The notes under the pieces are model-generated. The model was not told where the DNA came from. It saw only the letters and a program-made list of their open reading frames with translations, and made no database searches. Of a stretch of DNA of 52,239 bases, positions 1-8,635 are shown in pieces. The DNA is from Oligoflexales bacterium (lineage in GTDB: Bacteria; Bdellovibrionota_B; Oligoflexia; Oligoflexales; CAIYRB01). Position 1 is the stretch's first letter, and every line of letters starts with the position of its first letter. Location: assembly GCA_041736175.1 (NCBI GenBank), contig JBGSUI010000052.1, forward strand, positions 1 through 52,239. Reading direction: 5' to 3'. Made by a program: the position numbers and the translations under genes.

Positions 1-3000
1 GGTGTTTTTCAGTTGAGCTTAAACTTCGATAATGGTCAACTGTCGTCCATCTTTGGCGATGGATCGAAATCTGCCTTTGTGGAAGTCACAGCCGGTGGCA
101 AGGTGTACCCTCGCCAACGCTTGATTGCTGTACCTCTAGCATTGAGGGTGCCCGTTGATACGAGTACCTTAAACTATACAAATGACGGCAAGCTGACGGT
201 TGAAAATCTACCTATCAGTAAAATTTCAGGACTCACAGAGGCATTGGCAGCAAAGGTAGAATCTGCTAATCCCTCGGCAGCTTGGACGAACCTCGGTTTG
301 GGATCCTTGGCAACAGCGAGTTCCGTGACATCTTCGATGATTGCAAGCAACACCATTGTAGACTCAAATATCAGTAGTTCAGCAGCCATCGCAGATACAA
401 AACTTGCTACGATCTCCACGTTAGGTAAAGTCTCAGGCTCAGCAATCACCTCAGGTACCATCGGTGGTACCACAGCGATTAACAGCTCTGGTGCTATAAC
501 CACGTCGGGAGAAATCACAGGGACTGGCAATATTGTGGTTAACGGGACTGGAACTGCGACGACGGAACTCCGTTTTAACAGTAAAAACAATAGCAACTAT
601 GTGGGTTTTAAGGCTCCTGATCCTTTAAATGCTAGCAAAATCTGGACCCTGCCCGCAGCAGATGGGACCAATGGCCAACTGCTTAAAACAGATGGTTCTG
701 GGAGTCTCACCTGGGTTAGCGCAACAGGTCTTGGCGACTTGGTTGCAGCCAACAACCTCTCTGATGTTGCTAACGCCGGCACCGCCCGTACCAACCTTGG
801 CTTAGGCACGCTTGCCACTACCAGTGCATTCACCTCAGCTCTTATCACCGATGGCAACATCGTCGATGCGGACATCAATTCCTCAGCAGCCATCGCTGAT
901 ACCAAATTAGCCACGATCTCCACGGCAGGCAAAGTCTCAGGCTCTGCCATTACTTCAGGAACCATCACTGGATCAACCGTCGTGGCCACCAGCGGTCAGC
1001 TTTCTAGCACTGGAAATATTCGCGTCTCAGGGACTGGCATCACAGCTACGGAACTGCGCTTTGGGGATCAAAACGACAGCAACTACGTAGCTTTTAAAGC
1101 ACCTGACAATGTAGGCACCAATATGGTATGGACCTTGCCTGCAACGGACGGGACCGCGAACCAAGCTCTTAGCACAAACGCCTCTGGGGTCCTACAATGG
1201 GTCTCCCCGATGTTAGCCGGTAATAACCTCTCAGAAGTGTCTAACCAAACGGCCGCCCGCAGCAACCTTGGTTTAGGCAATCTTGCTACCAATAGTGCAG
1301 TTACTTCTGCTCTGATTACCGATGGCACCATCGTCGATGCAGACATCAACGCATCCGCAGCCATCGCTGATACCAAATTAGCCACGATCTCCACAGCAGG
1401 CAAAGTCTCAGGTTCTGCCATCACCTCAGGAACGATCGAAGGATCTACAATCATTAACACCACAGGAGCTATTACCAGCTCGGCAGCAATCACAGGTACC
1501 GGCAACATCATCGTCTATGGTACCGGTGCAGCTGCTACAGAACTCCGCTTTAACAACGACAACAACAGCAACTATGTGGGTTTTAAAGCCTCAGGCTCTA
1601 TCAGTGCCAATAGAATTTGGACACTTCCCGTAGCAGATGGTACCAACGGCCAAATTCTTAAAACTAATGGCTCCGGTGCCCTAAGCTGGGTAAACCCCGG
1701 TGGGGTCGGCGATCTACTTGCATCCAACAACCTATCAGAACTTACCGCTACCGCTGGTACCGTTCGCACAAATCTTGGTTTAGGCACTCTTGCCACCAAC
1801 AGTGCAGTCACCTCTGCTTTGATTACTGACGGCACCATTGTCGATGCGGACATCAACGCAACCGCAGCCATCGCCGACACCAAACTCGCCACGATTACCA
1901 CGGCGGGTAAAGTCTCAGGCTCTGCCATTACCTCAGGAACGATTGCAGGTTCCACTATATTTAACACCTCCGGAGCAATCACCACCTCCGCTGCCATTAC
2001 CGGGACTGGCAATATCATCGTCAACGGCACGGGATCTGCGACCACCGAGTTCCGCTTTAATGACGATGACAACACCAATTATGTGGGTTTTAAAGCCCCC
2101 GGCTCCGTGACCACCAACAAGATTTGGACGCTGCCAGCCACTGATGGCACGACCGGCCAGATCCTCAAGACCGATGGCTCTGGGGTTCTTGGTTGGGTGA
2201 GTGGCTCTACAGGCACTGTGACCAGTGTTAACCTCACAGCCCCGTCCGAAGGGATCACGGTGAGTGGTGGCCCTGTTACGAGTTCGGGCTCAATAACCCT
2301 CGCTCTCGCCAACGACCTGGCTGCCGTAGAAGCCCTTGCTACCACTGGTGGCGTGGAACGCACCGGGGCCAACACCTGGGCTACTTACACCCTTACGGCT
2401 GCGGGTAAAGCTTTGATCGACGATGCCGATGCTACTGCCCAACGTACAACCCTTGGTTTAGGCAGCTTGGCGAATTTGAGCGCTGTTGGCAGCACAGAGA
2501 TCACCAACGATTCCATCATGAACACTGATATCAACACCTCAGCCGCTATCGCCACATCTAAACTCTCGGGAGCAGTCACATCGATCACGGGCCATGGTCT
2601 TGGTGGGCTGGCCACGGCCTCTGCCGTCTCAGGAGGCACCGCTGGGACCATCACCGATGACACGATCACTGACGCTGATATCAACAGCGCGGCTGGGATC
2701 GCCCAGTCAAAAATCTCAGGTCTTACCACGTCTCTCTCTGGTAAAGAATCCACCATCACGACCAGCTCGGTGATCAACGGTGGTACCTTTACCACGGCCC
2801 TCCAAAACGGCCTCCAGGTCAAACCCTTTAACACTGCTGCCGGCAACACCGGTGAGCTGCGTTTTAACGAACTCGCTGCCAGTGGAGCCAATTATGTGGG
2901 TTTCAAAGCCCCTGATACACTTACTGGTGACCGGATTTGGACCCTTCCCGTAGCAGATGGATCCAGCGGCCAAGCATTGACCACCAACGGCAGCGGGGCT

Positions 3001-4032
3001 TTAGCTTGGAGCACCCTAGGAGGCGGGGGATCTCTGACTCTTTCTAGTAAAAGTTCTGACTACACAGTCGTGACGGGAGACGTCGGCAAATACTTTATGG
3101 TCACCGGCAACATGACAACCCTCACCTTACCGACGGCAGCCTCTGTGGGGTCGGGATTTTCGATCACCGTCAAGTCCAATGGTGGCTGGGCTGTGGTGGC
3201 GCATGCTGACGTGATCGAAGGGAATAACATGGAACTCGCCCTGCCTACGCAATCGGTAGCCCAATTGGTGACCGATGGGACAGCGTGGTATCTTGTTTAT
3301 TCCCTGGGCACTTATTATCGAGGGATCCCTGTATCTTGTGGCGCTGACTGCTACGCCAATAGTACCGCCATGAGTGCAGGGCTGGCTTACACCGCGACGG
3401 GTAAGGCCTTAGTTTTAAGTAGTGGTGTATGGGTTCAGACGAATGGCACCAACGTGCTTCGAGTGGACGGATCCGACAACTGGCACCTAGCCTTAAACGG
3501 TAACGGACGGACTTTTAGTGCCTCTAATCTAAATAAGACCACAGCAAATCTCGGTGGCCGCGTATGTCCCGTCAATGTGTATGTGGATGATGGCAATAAG
3601 GTGGCCACGGGTCGGTGTGTTTATTATGATCAGGGAAATGTGGGTCAGCGGTTGGATGCTTGGACCATGGACGGCGTAACCGATCAGACGACCTCAGGGT
3701 CTTTGCGTCTTGGAGAATGGAGCACCACAGCAGGTGGCAATTCCACAGGTGCTTCGTGGTATGAGGGAAATATCCAGGTCTGTGCTGACAAGGGTATGAG
3801 GTTGCCACTTCTCTACGAAACCTCAGCTTCAGACCCGAGCAGCGATAAGCCCGGAGACCCAGCTTCGCCTAGCTGGTCTAATCTAACGACGGGGGTACCT
3901 TCTTATCAGGGCTTTAGCTGGACGTCATCCGCCCATTCGGCTGCTACCTACAATTACTGGATATGGGCGGGGACTTCTACCAACACCTACGATTACACCG
4001 GCACCTACCCGGTGCGTTGTGTTGTCCCGTAG
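1..4032 (+). CDS. Large repetitive fibre/adhesin protein (phage-tail-fibre/MAT-like) with C-terminal C-type-lectin-like domain; putative DGR target; 5'-partial
   Basis: Frame is open from base 1 (GVFQLSLNF...), so the start lies upstream. N-terminal PRQRLIAVPLA motif. Five copies of ELRF..N.NYVGFKAP...WTLP..DG..GQ.L.T.GSG.L.W. C-terminus WYEGNIQVC..KGMRLP...E ... WTSS...YWIW...YPVRCVVP matches the CLec-fold pattern of DGR targets. Confidence 0.8.
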   Translation, partial: GVFQLSLNFDNGQLSSIFGDGSKSAFVEVTAGGKVYPRQRLIAVPLALRVPVDTSTLNYTNDGKLTVENLPISKISGLTEALAAKVESANPSAAWTNLGLGSLATASSVTSSMIASNTIVDSNISSSAAIADTKLATISTLGKVSGSAITSGTIGGTTAINSSGAITTSGEITGTGNIVVNGTGTATTELRFNSKNNSNYVGFKAPDPLNASKIWTLPAADGTNGQLLKTDGSGSLTWVSATGLGDLVAANNLSDVANAGTARTNLGLGTLATTSAFTSALITDGNIVDADINSSAAIADTKLATISTAGKVSGSAITSGTITGSTVVATSGQLSSTGNIRVSGTGITATELRFGDQNDSNYVAFKAPDNVGTNMVWTLPATDGTANQALSTNASGVLQWVSPMLAGNNLSEVSNQTAARSNLGLGNLATNSAVTSALITDGTIVDADINASAAIADTKLATISTAGKVSGSAITSGTIEGSTIINTTGAITSSAAITGTGNIIVYGTGAAATELRFNNDNNSNYVGFKASGSISANRIWTLPVADGTNGQILKTNGSGALSWVNPGGVGDLLASNNLSELTATAGTVRTNLGLGTLATNSAVTSALITDGTIVDADINATAAIADTKLATITTAGKVSGSAITSGTIAGSTIFNTSGAITTSAAITGTGNIIVNGTGSATTEFRFNDDDNTNYVGFKAPGSVTTNKIWTLPATDGTTGQILKTDGSGVLGWVSGSTGTVTSVNLTAPSEGITVSGGPVTSSGSITLALANDLAAVEALATTGGVERTGANTWATYTLTAAGKALIDDADATAQRTTLGLGSLANLSAVGSTEITNDSIMNTDINTSAAIATSKLSGAVTSITGHGLGGLATASAVSGGTAGTITDDTITDADINSAAGIAQSKISGLTTSLSGKESTITTSSVINGGTFTTALQNGLQVKPFNTAAGNTGELRFNELAASGANYVGFKAPDTLTGDRIWTLPVADGSSGQALTTNGSGALAWSTLGGGGSLTLSSKSSDYTVVTGDVGKYFMVTGNMTTLTLPTAASVGSGFSITVKSNGGWAVVAHADVIEGNNMELALPTQSVAQLVTDGTAWYLVYSLGTYYRGIPVSCGADCYANSTAMSAGLAYTATGKALVLSSGVWVQTNGTNVLRVDGSDNWHLALNGNGRTFSASNLNKTTANLGGRVCPVNVYVDDGNKVATGRCVYYDQGNVGQRLDAWTMDGVTDQTTSGSLRLGEWSTTAGGNSTGASWYEGNIQVCADKGMRLPLLYETSASDPSSDKPGDPASPSWSNLTTGVPSYQGFSWTSSAHSAATYNYWIWAGTSTNTYDYTGTYPVRCVVP
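286..2200 (+). repeat. Four intragenic tandem repeats of ~470-510 nt (~160-170 aa), plus a fifth partial copy near 2440-3010
   Basis: NLGLG motifs start near 286, 790, 1261, 1768. E(L/F)RF motifs at 565, 1051, 1540, 2047, 2854. Near-identical DNA, e.g. gccatcgctgataccaaattagccacgatctccac at ~889 and ~1360. Confidence 0.9.
3900..4032 (+). other. Putative DGR variable region (VR) at the 3' end of the fibre gene
   Basis: Last ~44 codons are rich in NNC/NNT codons (tac, aat, acc, aac, gat, ggc) between fixed W/S/VRCV residues, as expected from mutagenised AAC/AAT codons. Adjacent to the hairpin, Avd and RT remnants. No TR found in the window to confirm. Confidence 0.6.
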
Positions 4033-4046
4033 TTGGCCGGCGACAC

Positions 4047-4074
4047 CTTGAGACTTGAAACTTGAAGCTTGAAT
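4047..4074 (+). repeat. 4x 7-nt tandem repeat (cttgaga cttgaaa cttgaag cttgaat)
   Basis: Read directly between the fibre stop codon and the hairpin. Confidence 0.85.
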
Positions 4075-4084
4075 TTTTGTCTTC

Positions 4085-4110
4085 CCGGCCCTCGCTGGAG
4101 CGAGGGCCGG
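4085..4110. other. Perfect GC-rich inverted repeat ccggccctcgc-tgga-gcgagggccgg: DGR homing hairpin/cruciform candidate, possibly also a terminator
   Basis: 11-bp stem with 4-nt loop, ~50 nt downstream of the putative VR, between convergent genes. Confidence 0.7.
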
Positions 4111-4141
4111 CCGGAACTGCCTATTTTTTAGGCATTTTTGT

Positions 4142-4365
4142 TTACTTCCTTGCCGATCCTTGAGCTGCGAGATATTTTTCCCAGCCAATTATATGCTTAC
4201 TGATCTCTACTGACCGTGCCGTGATCTGAATAAAAAAGCCTTCGGTGATCGCCTTGAGTGTCCAGAGGAGGACGGCAAAAGCCTTGATATTTTCCAGGTG
4301 GCTACGGAGTTCGTGCATCTTACTTAAGATGGCAGAGACTTCGGGTTTGATGGCGGTTTTCCAGG
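4142..4365 (-). pseudogene. avd: C-terminal half of an Avd-like (accessory variability determinant) four-helix-bundle protein
   Basis: LRSHLENIKAFAVLLWTLKAITEGFFIQITARSVEISKHIIGWEKY fits the Avd/four-helix-bundle C-terminal pattern ending EI.k.igGW.k. The N-terminus is replaced by RT sequence. Confidence 0.6.
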
Positions 4366-4808
4366 CTGGAGTCACCGCTATAGTGGGGTTGGTCCGCAGG
4401 GTTTTGGTCCAGGATTTCGGAGATGAGATCCATGAGCAGCAGTCTTTCGCCAGGGTCCATATCTCGGAGAGTGGTCAGGTGCCACCGCAGCAATTCTTTG
4501 AGCTTAAGGCGGTTGATACTGGTAAAGTAAGAGGCTATATCGAGTTTCATAAAATAGGCGGTCGGTGGAAGCTGTAGCATCAGATGGTTTAATATCGAGA
4601 CTGCAGCGTTCACTCCTTTTTGGGGCCGGTTAGCATAAGAGTCAAAGATAAGCTTTCGGTCCATAAGCGGGATCAGCCGATCGACGATAAAGTGATGGAC
4701 CAGCCGGTCACGAAAGCTAGGCGCAAAAATCTCTCGCAGTTTAGGATCCTGGACCACAAAGCAGCGGTACGGCTGTGGGGCGTAGCGTCCCAGAACCAGG
4801 TCTTGGGC
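4320..4808 (-). pseudogene. DGR-type reverse transcriptase fragment (N-terminal motifs only, no YxDD)
   Basis: AQDLVLGRYAPQPYRCFVVQDPKLREIFAPSFRDRLVHH...DSYANRPQKG...YFMKLDIASYFTSI. In-frame stop at 4809-4811 upstream and no start codon. The GLPIGNLTSQ-type and YxDD motifs are missing. Confidence 0.85.
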
Positions 4809-4837
4809 TTATGTTGGGATGTGGGTTTCTTTAGAAC

Positions 4838-5107
4838 CTATGAGGCCTTCTCGTCAAAGGAATCAGCCACGCCAGTGGCCTTGACCCAAATGGCGTCAGC
4901 ACAGAGGTCCACATGGCCTGGCCACTCAAGGGACCGACCACGAGCACCGATTTTGACCTGCTTGAAAAAAGTCGGGTCAGAAAAGTTTGCAAACACCCCT
5001 TGCTTTTTAACTAGCGGGCTAGCATCAAAGGTAACGGTGCGCCCATTGTCATAAGTGACCTTTAGGCTAAAGCTACCAGTCGGCTCTACCTTGGCGATCT
5101 TTCTCAT
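4838..5107 (-). CDS. DUF2442-family putative antitoxin
   Basis: LKVTYDNG...F..V.I...G.SLEWP..VDLCADA.W pattern; directly downstream of the DUF4160 gene. Confidence 0.8.
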   Translation of the reverse strand: MRKIAKVEPTGSFSLKVTYDNGRTVTFDASPLVKKQGVFANFSDPTFFKQVKIGARGRSLEWPGHVDLCADAIWVKATGVADSFDEKAS

Positions 5108-5110
5108 TAT

Positions 5111-5374
5111 CTACTCCAACGGCGTGATTGGTCGCAATGGCGATTCCTGTTTCTCACAACGCTGCCAGTTATCAAGCAACTCTTGGTGGTGCATGGCCGC
5201 CCACTCAAACACCATGGAACGCACCCTGGAGCGCACTGACCCCCGCAGAATCCGAATTGGCGAAAGGCCCACAACTATCTCATCCTCGCCGTACGAGGCA
5301 TGAAAGTGCGGAGGCGCATGATCGTCGAAAAACATGTAAATCTCAATACCATAAAATGAAGAAATTGTTGGCAC
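5111..5374 (-). CDS. DUF4160-family putative toxin
   Basis: MPTISSFYGIEIYMFFDDHAPPHFHASYG...WA..H..EL..NW...I.PL signature. Confidence 0.88.
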   Translation of the reverse strand: MPTISSFYGIEIYMFFDDHAPPHFHASYGEDEIVVGLSPIRILRGSVRSRVRSMVFEWAAMHHQELLDNWQRCEKQESPLRPITPLE

Positions 5375-5631
5375 TTGTCCTCCAAGATCTGGGGATCTAT
5401 ATCTATCACAAATTATCGGACAAAGTCACTATGGCACCAAGCACTAAATTAGTTTAAGAGCACAATAGGGCACCGGTCTGTTGCAACAAAAAACTTACTT
5501 TAAAGTTTGGCTATGGATTTCCTCCATAAAATCAATTACATAATGTATATGTCTGTAATCGTTTTGTTTTTCAGGATTATTCTGTGATCAAACTTCCTTA
5601 AAGATACACTTAGTGTTATTCTAGGGAAGAT

Positions 5632-6423
5632 ATGTCTGAAATAAAGACTCAAAACTATATCGCTGAGCTTGCCGCTAGGGGGGTATATCACTTTACAGCA
5701 GCTAGTTTAGCTAAGGAGCGCGGCTCCAGTCTTAACTCTGCGCGCCTGGCCCTGAATCGCCTCGCATCGCAAGGGATCATAGCAATGCCATACCGGGGGT
5801 TTTTTATTTCAGTGCCGCCCGAATATAGAGCCATTGGTTGCCTGCCTGCTGACCAATTTCTTCCCCAACTCATGGAGTATTTGGGTGAATCCTATTATGT
5901 GGGGTTACTCTCGGCGGCCAGGTATTTCGGGGCAGCTCATCATGCTGCCCAAGTTTTTCAAGTTGTGACTCAAAAAAATCGTAAGTCCCTTCAATGCGGA
6001 CAAGTCTTGATAGAATTCGTGGCGAAAAATCACCTTCAACAGACGCCAGCTATGTCAGTGAATACACCACGGAGCGTATTAAGGGTTTCGACTCTGGAGT
6101 CGACAGCATTGGACCTAGTCGGCTATCAACAACATTGCGGCGGCTTAGACTATGTTGCTACAATTTTGCATGAATTGGTCGAAAAAATCAGACCTCAGAA
6201 GCTTGTCGAGGCTGCCGAGGTGGTTCCGCTGCCCTGGGTCCAGCGTGCTGGCTATCTACTCAATTTGGTGGGCGGTGAAGTAAAGACAAAGGGTTTACAG
6301 AAGCTTGTCGCAACCAAATGCCCAGCAATGACACCATTGCAACCTGGAGTCTCGATGCAGGGAAGTGTGAAGGATCGGATATTTCGAGTTGCTGTCAATA
6401 CTGAGGTGGAACCCGACTTATGA
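5632..6423 (+). CDS. abiEi: Type IV TA antitoxin, AbiEi family
   Basis: N-terminal wHTH, YYVGLLSAA..GAAHH..QVFQV and STLESTALDLV motifs; ATGA overlap with abiEii. Confidence 0.85.
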   Translation: MSEIKTQNYIAELAARGVYHFTAASLAKERGSSLNSARLALNRLASQGIIAMPYRGFFISVPPEYRAIGCLPADQFLPQLMEYLGESYYVGLLSAARYFGAAHHAAQVFQVVTQKNRKSLQCGQVLIEFVAKNHLQQTPAMSVNTPRSVLRVSTLESTALDLVGYQQHCGGLDYVATILHELVEKIRPQKLVEAAEVVPLPWVQRAGYLLNLVGGEVKTKGLQKLVATKCPAMTPLQPGVSMQGSVKDRIFRVAVNTEVEPDL

Positions 6424-6704
6424 TCGCTCCTCCTTACATAGCCGAATGGCGACAATCTTTTCCATGGGCACTTGATTCGCAGGTTGAGCAAGACCTTATT
6501 ATTAGCCGGGCTCTCATAGATATTTTTGCGAATGGGGAATTAGCAGAGGCACTTGCTTTTCGAGGCGGGACGGCACTTCATAAACTCTACCTACATCCAG
6601 CAGCACGCTATTCTGAGGATATAGATTTGGTTCAGATACGTCAGGAACCAATTGGTCAAACGCTTGAAAAGTTAAGATCTGTTCTTGAAGCAAAGTGGTC
6701 CTAA
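6420..6704 (+). pseudogene. abiEii: AbiEii nucleotidyltransferase toxin, truncated
   Basis: QVEQDLIISRAL...FRGGTALHKLY...RYSEDIDL is present, but the ORF is only 94 aa and no continuation was recognised in other frames. Confidence 0.8.
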
Positions 6705-6841
6705 CACCAAAAAAACAAAGATAGATCCCATCCACTCGGTACTTCGGGATATCCTGGCAGCGCCATTTTTGATACTACAAATTGATATAATTATTGAATC
6801 AGAACAATAATTATACTAAGCTTAGTGTAAGGAGGCTTCCG

Positions 6842-6994
6842 GTGAAAGATTGGCTGAAAGAGTTATTTCACGACAACACCCAAACCGCGCTATTAGCGCT
6901 ACTTTTTTGCTTTTATGATGGGACGGAAAGCAGTCCTTCTATTAAAAGTTTAGAAATGGCTCATGCGTTTGCACGCCAAGGAGGTTTTCAATGA
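6842..6994 (+). CDS. Small hypothetical protein (possible toxin remnant)
   Basis: AGGAGG at 6830-6835 before GTG 6842; ATGA overlap with the next gene; no recognisable motif. Confidence 0.3.
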   Translation: MKDWLKELFHDNTQTALLALLFCFYDGTESSPSIKSLEMAHAFARQGGFQ

Positions 6995-7476
6995 CCACAG
7001 AAAATAAAAAGGAAATCATAGCTTCTTATCCTTACATGACTGCTGGTAGAACATGGATTATCCCAAATGTGACGCTGGAGCGAGCCCCCGATGGCTCAGT
7101 AATGATTTCCGGTATGGAAGCTTTAAGAATGCAGAGAATGGTGGCGAATGAGATTTGTGGACAAGCGTCAACTTTGAATCCTGAAGAGCTCGAATTTCTT
7201 TGCGATGTCACATCAACAAGATTTAATGATGTCGCTGAGTTTCTTAGTGTTACAAAAGGCAGTGTGACCTTTTGGAAAAGGCAGGGAAAAACAGTTCCTC
7301 TAAACGAAAGTCTCCGTCTCAAAAAATGGTTTTGGAAGAAGGTATTTAATTCCGATTTGGAAAGGCATTCTTTATTTTCTGTCCCGACCATGGTGCTCAC
7401 TGATGATGGAAAACTTCTTGAATTTTTGAGAGATCAAGGGAAGATATTTTTTTCCGAGGCTCTCAAAGCAGGGTGA
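6991..7476 (+). CDS. MqsA-like/XRE HTH antitoxin-type regulator
   Basis: LNPEELEFL...FNDVAEFLSVTKGSVTFW is HTH-like; TA-rich neighbourhood. Confidence 0.5.
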   Translation: MTTENKKEIIASYPYMTAGRTWIIPNVTLERAPDGSVMISGMEALRMQRMVANEICGQASTLNPEELEFLCDVTSTRFNDVAEFLSVTKGSVTFWKRQGKTVPLNESLRLKKWFWKKVFNSDLERHSLFSVPTMVLTDDGKLLEFLRDQGKIFFSEALKAG

Positions 7477-7567
7477 TTTTGCATGGACAAAGGCATCAAA
7501 TACAACTACAGCGGCGGCCATCCTCTTGATCTCGCTTCGCAGGGTAGTCAACCCAAACCCTGGCTCC

Positions 7568-8614
7568 CTAGCGATAATGAGTGAGAAAAACCTCAAGGAG
7601 TGGGTCAGCGATTTGATAATAGGCTTGATGTTCTCCATCTTCAAATCGGTAGACGACCGATTGGTCGAGGAATCGATTGATGATGGCGTGGACGCCGGAT
7701 TTGGAAAGATCTGTCAAATTTAAAAATTGTGAACCTGTGATGTTGTAGGATTTACCTTGTTTAGCTATTGATGTCAATACTTTGTTTTCTTTGGGAGTGA
7801 AGTTTGACAGGATGGTCCCATAGTTTGACCGCGAAATATCAACGAATTCGAGTATTTTTTTGTCGACAATGGTTCGATCGATTTTCTTGATGCTGGGATC
7901 TATCCGTATAAATTCGCAGATCTTGTTGATGGACTCCGGGATTCTATGCAAGCGGTCTTGGATATAGACTGAAGTTTCAAAATCGATTTCTTTGTCTGAT
8001 TGACTTAGCCGAGAATTTATATATTTTGTATAGGCTTCGTAGTCGATATAGTTTAGCTCAATCGTAAAACCCCATTGGTGGAAAGGGGCTTTCGGTACAT
8101 CAAACATTTTGTGTAAAAGGTGGTACTTGGATCCAGAAATGACCACTGGAATATTGGCAGCTAGGTCTTGCAAGGCTCCTCTTAATTTAGCTTCTGCCTT
8201 TGGGATTTTTGCGATCTCTTGAAACTCGTCAAAAACCAGCAGGAATCGAAGTTTGCCTTCTTTATTTAACCGCCCAATATTTTCTAGGGTGAGATCAAAC
8301 GGAGGGATTTTTATGAAATCTAAAAGTTGGCCATGTCTTGGCATGGCGCGATTTAACGCCAAGCTTAGCTCGAGAGATATGTCTTCTAGGCTTCGGACGT
8401 TATAAAAGTCAGAATAAATAAAAATGTTATTAACATCTTTGGTCCATTGATGTCCGATGAGATTTTTGAGGATGGATGTTTTGCCAAAATTACGCAAGCC
8501 GTAGAGACGGATGCAGTCGTCGTTATTTACATGTTGCTGCAGGCGAGCGATCTCTTTTTTAAAATTGCAAATATCCTGCTCGTCTAAAATTCGGTCATAA
8601 ACAAACACGCTCAC
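7568..8614 (-). CDS. AAA-family ATP-binding protein with C-terminal winged helix
   Basis: Walker A GLRNFGKTS, Walker B LLVFDEFQ, ISGS sensor, C-terminal YQIADPLL. Confidence 0.8.
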   Translation of the reverse strand: MSVFVYDRILDEQDICNFKKEIARLQQHVNNDDCIRLYGLRNFGKTSILKNLIGHQWTKDVNNIFIYSDFYNVRSLEDISLELSLALNRAMPRHGQLLDFIKIPPFDLTLENIGRLNKEGKLRFLLVFDEFQEIAKIPKAEAKLRGALQDLAANIPVVISGSKYHLLHKMFDVPKAPFHQWGFTIELNYIDYEAYTKYINSRLSQSDKEIDFETSVYIQDRLHRIPESINKICEFIRIDPSIKKIDRTIVDKKILEFVDISRSNYGTILSNFTPKENKVLTSIAKQGKSYNITGSQFLNLTDLSKSGVHAIINRFLDQSVVYRFEDGEHQAYYQIADPLLEVFLTHYR

Positions 8615-8635
8615 TGAATCTCCTAAAAAAAGAAC

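Noticed and set aside
174..2973. Series of minus-strand ORFs of 85-168 aa opposite the fibre gene
   Set aside because: Antisense shadows of the repetitive Thr/Ala/Gly-rich gene; they repeat with the same period.
5533..5560. dif-like sequence (cataa-tgtata-...)
   Set aside because: The central hexamer matches, but the XerD arm (tgtctgtaatc) is far from ttatgttaaat; more likely AT-rich promoter DNA.
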